32,000 nucleotides of DNA, from NCBI RefSeq assembly GCF_017876815.1, contig NZ_JAGIOS010000002.1, forward strand, positions 1,350,001-1,382,000, written 5' to 3'. The notes under the pieces were generated by a model. The model saw nothing but the letters and a program-made list of their open reading frames with translations. It searched no databases and was not told the origin of the DNA. This stretch comes from Sinorhizobium meliloti. GTDB taxonomy: Bacteria > Pseudomonadota > Alphaproteobacteria > Rhizobiales > Rhizobiaceae. Below are positions 1 through 8,502 of this stretch, piece by piece; within the stretch, counting starts at the first letter, position 1; the number at the start of each line of letters is the position of its first letter. The translations under genes and the position numbers were made by a program.

Positions 1-378
1 AGGTGGCTTTTTGGAATTGACTGTCGGAGCTGATGCCACTTAGCTGGTGGCTCGAGGCCTTACAGGCGAGGAAGGTGGACGAGCCGCTGACACGGCAATC
101 TCCCTGGGTCAGCCCGCTTCCTCATTGCGCATCGCCCTTAGGAATTAGCTTGATCGTCGAGTGTTGAACTTGAATTGGGTCGGGCCGACACACGGGAGTG
201 AAAGGCAGTTTCAATTCCAACTGCAGCGCGGAAAACCTTCGAGCCCAGCCGCCGGGACTAGTTGGAGCCGAGGCTATGCATAGGACGCAATTGCGAGGGG
301 CATCGGCCCGAGTTTGCTGCAGTTTTCGCTTTCGATGAGGGGCGGGTTCGACGTTTCCGGCTAAGGAGTGGCCAGGCA

Positions 379-1119
379 GTGATTATATCCCATCGCCACA
401 AGTTCATTTTCATCCACGTACCGAAAACCGCCGGCAGCACGGTTTCTGCCTTTCTCGCTCGCGAATTCGGACCATGGGATCTGCAACTTGGGTCCTGGAA
501 GGATGCACTCGGAAATGGAGCCAAAGCCAATCGGCTGGCGCTGATTGCTATGTTCTGCCATCTGTCTCCACTTAAGATCGCCCAAACCCTCATCCGCAAC
601 CACAGTGTCGATTCATTGGCCGGTGTCGCTCTCAGCCGGCGTTTTGCAGGCAGACTCGCGGATCATTCGAGCGCAAGCGAAATCGAGGCCTTCGATCCCT
701 CTGCCTGGAAACAGTATTTCAAATTCTGTTTCGTGCGAAACCCGTTCGAGAGGGCTGTTTCTCTTTACAATTGGCACTACAGGAAGGCCGATACCCGGCC
801 GAGCTTCTCGCAAATGCTCTGCTTGATCGAAGCAGGTGCAGCTGAGAAAGAGCGTATTAATTGGAAATCGTGGCAGCTCTACACCAAGAACGACGAAGTT
901 GTTGTTGATTTCGTAGGTCGGCAGGAGCGCCTCTCGGAAGATCTACGCAACGTATGCGACAGACTCGGGCTGCCTTTCGATGAACGATTCCTGACCAGAG
1001 CGAAGGCGAACCCAAGGAGGCCGGATATTCGCAATTATTATAAACCCGGCGACCGGGAACGCGTCGAACGGCTGTTCGGCGCCGAGATCGAACATTTCAA
1101 GTATCGTTTCCCCGAGTAG
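379..1119 (+). CDS. Sulfotransferase (family 2-like), probable carbohydrate/polysaccharide sulfotransferase
   Basis: The ORF track gives 262-1119. The motif HKFIFIHVPKTAGST resembles the PAPS 5'-phosphosulfate-binding loop of Sulfotransfer_2-type enzymes. The likely true start is GTG 379, preceded by AAGGAG at 363-368, which puts the PKTAGS loop about 15 aa from the N-terminus as is usual. Confidence 0.8.
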   Translation: MIISHRHKFIFIHVPKTAGSTVSAFLAREFGPWDLQLGSWKDALGNGAKANRLALIAMFCHLSPLKIAQTLIRNHSVDSLAGVALSRRFAGRLADHSSASEIEAFDPSAWKQYFKFCFVRNPFERAVSLYNWHYRKADTRPSFSQMLCLIEAGAAEKERINWKSWQLYTKNDEVVVDFVGRQERLSEDLRNVCDRLGLPFDERFLTRAKANPRRPDIRNYYKPGDRERVERLFGAEIEHFKYRFPE

Positions 1120-1164
1120 AAGCATTTCCGCTTTTCGCCGAAGCGCGGAAGGGGCAACAACCTG

Positions 1165-1225
1165 TCGATCGCCGCCATTCCGGACGGAAAACCGCTGCGC
1201 ACTTTTCCGGGAATTGCTCTAACCT
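1165..1225. repeat. Possible copy of a dispersed Rhizobiales intergenic repeat
   Basis: The segment ccggacggaaaaccgctgcgcacttttccgggaattgctctaa reads EQFPEKCAAVFRPE on the minus strand. From memory it resembles a short element scattered through intergenic regions of Rhizobium, Agrobacterium and Sinorhizobium genomes. This was not verified. Confidence 0.3.
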
Positions 1226-1663
1226 TCGGCGCCGCGGCCTGCGGCTCGATTCTGTTTGCCTTGAAGACCTCCATCTCCGGAATCTCGGTCGCACCTTCTC
1301 ACCTATATGGCGGGCTTCAAACATCTCGAGGGCGCATTGAAGGCCGAGTTCGACGTCACCGGTGCCGGCGGCACAACCAGGGACCATATCCAATCGCTGC
1401 AGAGAACCGCCAATGTAGGATTTTCCGGATGGATCTCCGCCAAGGTGTTGTACTAGTGGGTTGCCGGTGAAGTCCGGCCGACATGCGTGTTCCCGACTGT
1501 TCACGAAATCCTTTGCCGTTGGCACACCGAGGTGTCCCGAATCGCAGAAATCGGCCGCGTCCGTAGTGCTCGTTGGGGCTTTTCGGTCTTCTCCGCCTCG
1601 GCGGCTCCCATCCGGTCTTGCCATCGCCAAGATCGAGTGCGGGGATGGCCAATCCACAGGGGC

Positions 1664-3178
1664 TCAGTTCTCGCGCATCCCGAGGCGGAACGCGTCCGCG
1701 AGAGGTTGAGTCAGGTAGGACAGAACGCTCCTCTCACCGGTAGCGACGATCACCTCCGCCGGCATGCCCGGCCTCAGCTTCGCTCGAACCTGGTCGGGAA
1801 ACTTCGAGACCTGCACGGAAACTTTCAGCTCGTAGTAAGGCTGACGCGTCACCTCGTCATGAAGCGCATCGGCAGCAACGCTCTGCACCTCTCCGATTGC
1901 GATTGGTGTTGATCGAGCCTTGAACGAAGGCAGTCGGATCTCGGCAGGAAGACCCTCTCCAACATTGTTGATGTCGACCGGCGACATCTTCGCCGAGACG
2001 ATGAGAGTGTCGTCATCAGGGACGATCTCCATCAAAGTCTCGCCGGGGCGAACCACAGCTCCTATCGTGTGAACCTTAAAGCCGATGACGCGGCCGGAAC
2101 GCGGTGCGCGTATTTCGGTGCGGTTGAGCACGTCATCAGCCACGCGCAGCTTTTCGCCAGCGTCGGCGAGCTTGGCGCTGGTCTCGGCGAGCTGTGCCGA
2201 AACCTCCTCGAAGACCTTGCGCCCTACTTGTTCGATCTGGAGCCGCGCCTCACTGATAGTGTGGCGCTCGCCCGCAATATCGGCAACGAACGCACCAAGC
2301 TGACCTTGGAGATCGGCTCGCTGGCGTTTGAGCTCCGTCAGCCGAGTGGCCGTAATGATACCCTTATCGGCGAGGGGCGCCAACTTGTCGTACTCTTCCG
2401 TGATGCTCTCGATCTGCACACGGACAGCCTCCCTTTGGGACTGCACGGCCTCAATCTTCTGCTCGGATTGGGCAATGCGCTCGTTCAAAATGGAAACGTC
2501 GTTGGTGCGGGCCGAGCGGCGCTTGAGGAACAGTCGCATCTGGTCTTCCATTGCGCGCTTGGCCAGAGGGCCGCTCGAAGCGCGCGTGAGCTCGCGCGGG
2601 AATGTGACCATTTCGGCTCCGTTCATTTCCGCCTGCAGCCGTGCCTGCTCAGCAATCAGCGAGAAGGTGGCGGACCTCGCGATTTCGCCCTGCGCCTGCG
2701 CCTCTGTGGAGTCAAGGCGCACGAGCACTTGGCCCTCGGTCACATGTGCATTGGGCTTCACGAGAACGTCGCGCACTATACCACCCGCCAGGTGCTGAAC
2801 CTCCTTGCGGTCGGTTTCGACCACAATTGTACCCTGAGCCACCACAGCGCTGTCGATGCTGGCCAGAGAGGCCCACCCCCCGAAGATGCCGAACGTCAGC
2901 ACGACGATGCCAAAGCCCATCCGAGCGGGCTTGCGCCAGTTGCCGGAGAGATTGGCTTGTGCCGGTTTATGGCTTGGGCCGGCAATATCTGACGGCGCGA
3001 ATATCTCTGGTAGGGGAGCTCGAGTTGCCCGTCTTGCTCGCAAGAGTACGGCGGACGTCGGCGCCAACGCGTTGGTACGAGCAAGGATCGAGCTGACGGT
3101 ACGTGCCACGAGCTCTCCACCGGCTGGGGTCCTTTTGGGGGTATCAGGTGTCATCGGTGGCCTCGGTGAACTATGCAT
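1664..3178 (-). CDS. HlyD-family type I secretion membrane fusion (periplasmic adaptor) protein
   Basis: ORF 1664-3280. It has one N-terminal TM helix (FGIVVLTFGIFGGWASLASI), long coiled-coil-like Q/E/A/R-rich segments, and a C-terminal barrel-type motif (IRAPRSGRVIGFKVHTIGAVVRPGETLMEIVP). The likely start is ATG 3178, overlapping the ABC stop (ATGCATAG); ATG 3154 is an alternative. Confidence 0.9.
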   Translation of the reverse strand: MHSSPRPPMTPDTPKRTPAGGELVARTVSSILARTNALAPTSAVLLRARRATRAPLPEIFAPSDIAGPSHKPAQANLSGNWRKPARMGFGIVVLTFGIFGGWASLASIDSAVVAQGTIVVETDRKEVQHLAGGIVRDVLVKPNAHVTEGQVLVRLDSTEAQAQGEIARSATFSLIAEQARLQAEMNGAEMVTFPRELTRASSGPLAKRAMEDQMRLFLKRRSARTNDVSILNERIAQSEQKIEAVQSQREAVRVQIESITEEYDKLAPLADKGIITATRLTELKRQRADLQGQLGAFVADIAGERHTISEARLQIEQVGRKVFEEVSAQLAETSAKLADAGEKLRVADDVLNRTEIRAPRSGRVIGFKVHTIGAVVRPGETLMEIVPDDDTLIVSAKMSPVDINNVGEGLPAEIRLPSFKARSTPIAIGEVQSVAADALHDEVTRQPYYELKVSVQVSKFPDQVRAKLRPGMPAEVIVATGERSVLSYLTQPLADAFRLGMREN

Positions 3179-4958
3179 CGACGGGCGGTCGAATAAGAGG
3201 AGTCGAGGCGGAAGCCGGCGGCCCGACGCGCCCTTCGTCTCGGATAGGCCGCCGCGGTGCCGGCGCCACATTCGCGCCAACGAGCGACGGCAGCAATTCG
3301 TCGCGACTGCCCATCTGCGCTATCCGTCCTTCTTGCATGATGATCACTCGATCCACCACGGACAGGAGGTTCGGCCTGTGGGTCACGATCACAACGGTTC
3401 GCCGGGCTCTCCGCAGCCCTTCGATGGCACGGATCAGTGCCCGATTGCCATCGCTGTCCAAATTGGCATCAGGTTCATCGAGTACGACGACGGCGGGCTT
3501 GCCGAATAGCGCCCGCGCGAGGCCGACCTGCTGCCGCTGCCCACCCGATAGTCCGACGCCATCCTCCCCGATCTCGGTCAAATAGCCGTTGGGGAGGCGT
3601 TGGATCATCTCGTGTGCAGAGGCGTGAGTTGCAGCCTCGATCACTTCAGCATCGGCTGCATCCGCTCGGAAACGCGCAATGTTGTCTCGCACAGAACCGG
3701 TAAACAGCTCGATACCTTGGGGCAGATAGCCGAGCGCAGTGCCGAGTTGGTCCGGATCGTAATGGCGCAAATCGTTGCCATCGAGCCGCACGCATCCCCG
3801 CGCCGACGGCCACGCACCTACAAGGGCACGCGCGAGCGAGGATTTACCCGAGCCCGATGGCCCGACAAGCGCAACGATCTCTCCAGCATCTAAAGTGAAG
3901 GTCGCGCCCATGACGACCGGCGTGTTCGCGCCGGGGGGAAGGACGACAAGGTTCTCGACGGAAACCGTACCCTTGGCGTCAGGCAGACGTATCCGTCCGA
4001 CAACCGCGGGATTTTCCTCAAAAAGCCGGTTGAGACGCGCATAGGCGCTGCGCGCGGACACAACGCTTTTCCATTGCGCCACCATGATTTCGATCGGGGC
4101 AAGCGCGCGACCCATGATGAGTGACGCCGCGAACAAGACGCCTGCGGAGATTTCCTGGTTGATTGCCAGGTAAGCGCCGACGCCGATCATAGCCACCTGA
4201 ATGGCCATGCGCAGGAACTTCGACACTGCCAGGAGGGTACCTCCGCGCTCGCCCGCGCTGACGGAGTGACCGAGCGCTTCCTCACGGATGCCGGTGCACT
4301 GTGACTGGATAGCACGCCCCATGCCGAGCGCCTGAATTGCCTCTGCATTGCGCAGCGACGAGCCCAGCCTTTCGATCGCGCGAATGTTCGTGCGCGAGGC
4401 TCGCGAGTGCAAGCCCTTCGTCGCTCGCTCATTTACGAGCGCGATTGTCACGACTGCCAACGCGCCGACGAGAGCCACAAGGCCGATCAATGGGTGAAGC
4501 AGGAAACAGATTACAAGGTAGATCGGAGCCCAGGGCACATCCATCAGCGCCATGGTGACACCGCCAGAAAGAACATCGCGCATGAGATCGAGATCGCGCA
4601 AGCTCTGTGCATGGTTCGATCCACGTACCCGCAGGGCCGAGGAAAGCGCCGCCTCGAATGCGGGGCCGGACAAGAGCCGGTCCAGCCGCACGCCAGCCTG
4701 CACGAGAATACGCGCCCGATAATGTTCGAGGGCCGCATAGGTCATCAGCAGAATAGCCACGATCACCGAGATCATGACGAGCGTGACGGCATTACGGCTC
4801 GTCAGCACGCGATCATAAATCTGCATCGTGTACAGCGGAGACACGAACATCAGAAGATTGACGAAGAGTGAGAGCCCGCCGGCCGCTACGAGGCCCGGAC
4901 GGATCTCGCGCAAGGCTCCCGCGAGCGGCGATGGCACCTGCAAGGAGGGATTTGTCAT
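3171..4958 (-). CDS. Type I secretion system ABC permease/ATPase, PrtD/PrsD-type (no N-terminal C39 peptidase domain)
   Basis: 595 aa. The N-terminal half is a six-helix-type membrane domain. Walker A is GPSGSGKSS, the ABC signature is LSGGQRQQVGLARAL and Walker B is VVVLDEPDANLD. It is translationally coupled to the HlyD gene. Confidence 0.92.
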   Translation of the reverse strand: MTNPSLQVPSPLAGALREIRPGLVAAGGLSLFVNLLMFVSPLYTMQIYDRVLTSRNAVTLVMISVIVAILLMTYAALEHYRARILVQAGVRLDRLLSGPAFEAALSSALRVRGSNHAQSLRDLDLMRDVLSGGVTMALMDVPWAPIYLVICFLLHPLIGLVALVGALAVVTIALVNERATKGLHSRASRTNIRAIERLGSSLRNAEAIQALGMGRAIQSQCTGIREEALGHSVSAGERGGTLLAVSKFLRMAIQVAMIGVGAYLAINQEISAGVLFAASLIMGRALAPIEIMVAQWKSVVSARSAYARLNRLFEENPAVVGRIRLPDAKGTVSVENLVVLPPGANTPVVMGATFTLDAGEIVALVGPSGSGKSSLARALVGAWPSARGCVRLDGNDLRHYDPDQLGTALGYLPQGIELFTGSVRDNIARFRADAADAEVIEAATHASAHEMIQRLPNGYLTEIGEDGVGLSGGQRQQVGLARALFGKPAVVVLDEPDANLDSDGNRALIRAIEGLRRARRTVVIVTHRPNLLSVVDRVIIMQEGRIAQMGSRDELLPSLVGANVAPAPRRPIRDEGRVGPPASASTPLIRPPVDA

Positions 4959-5492
4959 CTCTTATAATCCAATGAAAGCCGTCGCGCGCGTTCGACTACA
5001 ACGTCGCGCAACCTAATAAGCCCAAACGCCCCGATGGCCCCTTGAATGGCTGGGTGTCTTTCAACAGGAAGGAGGTTGAAGGCAGAGCCGGAACTGCTCG
5101 AGTGGGTCCAAGCGCAGGGCCATACTCATCCGCCGCAGGGAATGGCTGCCCCCAACCCTCAGGCTGTGTCGTTCCAAGTCGATGTGTGCCATTGGGGTGG
5201 CGGTGGGGCAACTCAAGTTCTTCAGCCTAAGTGCGGCGTCCGAAAATAACTCCATTTCTGAATACTTCCAGCTCATATAATCTCCATTTGGAATGCTTTC
5301 AATTCAGAGCAACCGTTGGTTGAAATAGATGCATCGACCATTAAGGGAGCTTATTGACTTGCCGAAAACTCTAACCGAACGGCGAAATAATTCGGGTGAG
5401 GGGCAAAATACTAACGTTGATGTCCAAAATGCGGCGCGGAAAAGGCTATACTGTGAGGCTCCACGGTAGGCGTCGCAGAAAAAAGCTTGCGC

Positions 5493-5980
5493 TTACGTCG
5501 GGTTGCAGACGTTAACTTGCGTTACTACTTTGGCGCCGTGGATTTTGCCACTTGTGCGAGGACCGCTGTCAGTCACCCGGGCTCCACGCGAGCTCTGCAC
5601 CGGTACCGCAGACGCCATGCCGGCCGTGCCGTTGAAGCTGACGGCGGTGACGGTCTTTGTGTCGCCGGCATCCGGATCGGTGTTCTCTGGTGAGCACGTT
5701 CCCAGTGGCCGGCGCGCCGCCGGAGCCGTTGAGAACGCCGACCTTCTCGGTGGCGTCGCCCGTATCGGCAACCGCCGTCGGCGCGCCGTTCGGCGTCGTC
5801 GAAACCGATGTTCAAGGTTGCGCTGGCGGCAACACTGCCGAGATCGTTGGCGGTGCCCCGGACGGAGATCGTACCGACATTGGTGGATGTCGGCGTGCCG
5901 CTGAAGGTCCGGGTCGAAGGGTTAAAGGAGAGCCAAGAGGGTAAGGCAGAACCACTGGCGGTGATCGCCGCCAGGTGCGC
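5493..5980 (-). pseudogene. Frameshifted fragment of a large cadherin-like / Ig-like repeat adhesin (T1SS-substrate type)
   Basis: The homologous text is spread over three minus-strand frames. Frame a reads ALPSWLSFNPSTRTFSGTPTSTNVGTISVRGTANDLGSVAASATLNI, a cadherin-like/He_PIG-type unit. Frame b reads TPNGAPTAVADTGDATEKVGVLNGSGGAPATGNVLT. Frame c reads ENTDPDAGDTKTVTAVSFNGTAG. There is no credible start codon or N-terminus. Confidence 0.55.
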
Positions 5981-6210
5981 ATACGCTGTTATAACCGCCC
6001 GATTCCTACGAGGGGGACCCCGAACAGAGTCAAGCAGGTCCTGATCTCGACGACACATATTTAACGCGTGGGCGACGAGGTGCCTATTAGCCTCTCGAAC
6101 AACTTTGTCCCAAGAATGCTGACCGGTTCTGATCCCGTTCGGCAATACCACCAAGACCGAAAGGCCGGACGCCGAATCTGCCAAGCTCAAAGGATCCCTT
6201 CCGGGAAGGA

Positions 6211-7113
6211 CTACATCCGGTTCCAGCGTTCGCTCAATCGAGCCGGGTTCGCACCAAAGGCGAGAGCCAGCATAAGCCCGGACCTATAGAGGCGAATTAA
6301 AACAACGCCAAAGAATGCAAGCCCCCGGGCGCGCCAGCCCTCCAGCCGATTCGAGAGGCCGATTCGAGCCACCTCGGCGACCGGCGAAAGTGCGACGGCC
6401 ACGCTGCGCATGATCCAGCGCAGCCGCCAGCCGCGTTTCGACTGCATGCGCACAAAATCGTGTGCTGTATGCCGCTCCCATTTGCGGGCGAGCTCTGCAA
6501 GGTTCCTGCGAGCCGGGTGATAGACAATCATGGTCGAACAATATTGTGTGCGGTAACCGAGCCACAATGCTCGCTGCCCCCAATCGCGATCTTCCGCAAT
6601 CTCAATTCCGCCAAACGGCCCGACCTCAGCGAAGATATCAGCTCGCACCGCCAAATTACCGGTGCCCGTAAATCCCTGCCTCGCGATGTATTCGTTCATG
6701 CGATACGCGAACACGCTCTCATACGCTTCTAGCAGCGTCGGGCGGCGCGGATCTTGACACGCAATTCGCACATCGCCGCCCAGGATGGCAATCTCGGCGT
6801 TTTCCGAAAAGCACTGCTCGATCTGGGACAGCCAACCTCCGTCGGCAAGGCAGTCCGCGTCGATAAATGCAAGAATATCGCCACTGGCGCGCGAGGCGCC
6901 CAGATTCCGCGCTGGCCCAGGACCCGGTGTTAGCTCCGACAAAACGATGACCCCCGGGAACGCAGAAGAAACGTCGTCCGGCATTATTTTCGAGCCGTTA
7001 TCGACAACGATGAACTCGACCGGCTCTCTAGGCCGTCTTTGAACGAAAAGCGATGCAAGGCACTGCTTCAGAGCGTCCGGCTGATCAAGATGCGGGATAA
7101 TGACGCTGATCAT
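6211..7113 (-). CDS. Glycosyltransferase family 2
   Basis: The N-terminus MISVIIPHLDQPDALKQCLASL...FIVVDNGS, followed by ILAFIDADC (DxD region), is the typical GT-A/GT2 signature. It overlaps the upstream GT4 gene by 29 nt. Confidence 0.9.
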   Translation of the reverse strand: MISVIIPHLDQPDALKQCLASLFVQRRPREPVEFIVVDNGSKIMPDDVSSAFPGVIVLSELTPGPGPARNLGASRASGDILAFIDADCLADGGWLSQIEQCFSENAEIAILGGDVRIACQDPRRPTLLEAYESVFAYRMNEYIARQGFTGTGNLAVRADIFAEVGPFGGIEIAEDRDWGQRALWLGYRTQYCSTMIVYHPARRNLAELARKWERHTAHDFVRMQSKRGWRLRWIMRSVAVALSPVAEVARIGLSNRLEGWRARGLAFFGVVLIRLYRSGLMLALAFGANPARLSERWNRM

Positions 7114-8314
7114 TTACGTTCAATCCGGACAGGAGCAGGTTTCGGTACACCTCAAGATACCGCCGGGCTTCGGCGGGCCACCGAAATTCGCGCTCGGCAA
7201 TGGCACGGCCCGACAACGCCATACGCCTGCGCCGTTCAGGGTCATCGATAAGCGCAAGTATGCCGTCAGTGAGCGCGCGGGGGGAGTGCTCCCGCACAAC
7301 CAAGGCGGCGTCGCCAGCTTCGCGTGTCGCTTGGCGCAAATTGAACTGAACGAAGGGCAAGCCCAGCATCATGTATTCAAACACCTTGTTCATGGATAGC
7401 TTGTCATTAAATTCGTTGGGCGGATCTGGTATGACGCCAATGCTTAGTGCCGACAGATGCGCGATGAGCGAAGGGCCGCTGAGATATCCGGTAAAACGCA
7501 CCGAGCTGCCCAAATCCAGTTCGGCGGCGATGTCCTTCAGCCGGTTGAGTTCCGGTCCGTCGCCGATAATAACGCAATTGATGTCGTCACGCTTTCGAAC
7601 ATGCAGAACCTCCGCTATGGCTCGGAGCAATGTTTCCACACCGTCCTGGGCGCCCATGATGCCTAAATAGCCTACGAGATGCTTTCCGGGGACAAAGAGC
7701 GAACGGTCTGGAGCCGCGCGCTTGAACTTGGCGGCCTCTGGATAGCTCTTCACGACAACGACCCTGTCGGGATTCATACTGCCGCGTGCCACGGCGATGT
7801 CGCGAAAGGTTTCATTGGTGGCGATGCTTGCATCGGCGATGCGAAAGGTTTGCCTCTCTAGGAAGCACATCAGCCAATAGAGGAAATCCTTTCGGCCAAA
7901 TTTGCTCAGATAGAGCTCCGGACCCAAGTCATGGTGATCGAACACGAAAAATGTGCCAAAGAGAACCTTATGAATGAGAGCCACGAGAAACATTAAATCC
8001 GGAGGATTGCATGCCTGTATGACGTCAATCCGCCTACGCCATCTTATCCGAAATGAAAGGTAAACCTGATGGCAAAGAGCGGTGAAATACTCTTGCATGT
8101 AGCCAATAGTGGAGTCCGCCTCCCGTAGGCGATGACGATATATATGAATACCCCCCATCACCTCGTAGGCGTTATCGTAGCCTTTTCCCTTGGGGCAAAT
8201 GACCGATACCTCATAGCCGGCCGCACATAAGGCTTGAGCTTCTTGCCAGACTCGCCGATCGAACGGGACGGGCAGGTTCTCAACCAAGATCAGAATATGG
8301 TGACGAATGGGCAT
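7085..8314 (-). CDS. Glycosyltransferase family 4 (GT-B fold)
   Basis: 409 aa. The N-terminus ILILVENLPVPFDRRVWQEAQALCAAGYEVSVICP and the C-terminal FEYMMLGLPFV (E-x7-E region) match GT4. The ATG at 8314 is preceded by GGGAGG. Confidence 0.88.
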   Translation of the reverse strand: MPIRHHILILVENLPVPFDRRVWQEAQALCAAGYEVSVICPKGKGYDNAYEVMGGIHIYRHRLREADSTIGYMQEYFTALCHQVYLSFRIRWRRRIDVIQACNPPDLMFLVALIHKVLFGTFFVFDHHDLGPELYLSKFGRKDFLYWLMCFLERQTFRIADASIATNETFRDIAVARGSMNPDRVVVVKSYPEAAKFKRAAPDRSLFVPGKHLVGYLGIMGAQDGVETLLRAIAEVLHVRKRDDINCVIIGDGPELNRLKDIAAELDLGSSVRFTGYLSGPSLIAHLSALSIGVIPDPPNEFNDKLSMNKVFEYMMLGLPFVQFNLRQATREAGDAALVVREHSPRALTDGILALIDDPERRRRMALSGRAIAEREFRWPAEARRYLEVYRNLLLSGLNVNDQRHYPAS

Positions 8315-8440
8315 GGCTGCCTCCCACGTGTCCGCAGATCACGTCCAGGCAAGACCATACGTTTCGCTATCAATAGCCTCCAGTTGCCAAATCGGATAGG
8401 GACTTGCACCTTTTGTCGAAGTACCTTTGCTCGTGAAGCA

Positions 8441-8459
8441 GCGATATATCAAGTATCGC
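8441..8459. promoter_or_regulatory. Inverted repeat GCGATA-N7-TATCGC in the divergent promoter region
   Basis: Read directly from the sequence (gcgatatatcaagtatcgc). It lies between the divergently transcribed GT4 gene (8314, minus) and the GNAT-like gene (8503, plus). Confidence 0.2.
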
Positions 8460-8502
8460 AATCCGTGCACGTTCTTGGGGCGGGTAGCTGGGGAGGTGGA
8501 GT

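Noticed and set aside
1097-1657. 186-aa minus-strand ORF filling the gap between the sulfotransferase and the HlyD gene
   Set aside because: It is Arg/Pro/Gly-rich like a spurious high-G+C ORF. It has no recognisable motif, overlaps the sulfotransferase 3' end and runs through the putative dispersed repeat. It might hide a gene relic, but nothing supports calling it a CDS.
2069-2992. 307-aa plus-strand ORF, with several shorter ones, inside the HlyD gene
   Set aside because: It is an antisense shadow of a confidently identified gene, with Ala/Leu/Arg-rich low-information sequence. The same reasoning applies to 3103-3585, 4407-4871, 10540-11304, 13535-14047, 16615-17154, 17778-18233, 19628-20032, 27897-28244, 28078-28386 and 30021-30413.
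3171-4958. Possibility of a bacteriocin or double-glycine peptide exporter (C39 peptidase ABC)
   Set aside because: The protein begins directly with the transmembrane domain, about 20 aa before the first helix. That leaves no room for an N-terminal C39 or C39-like domain.
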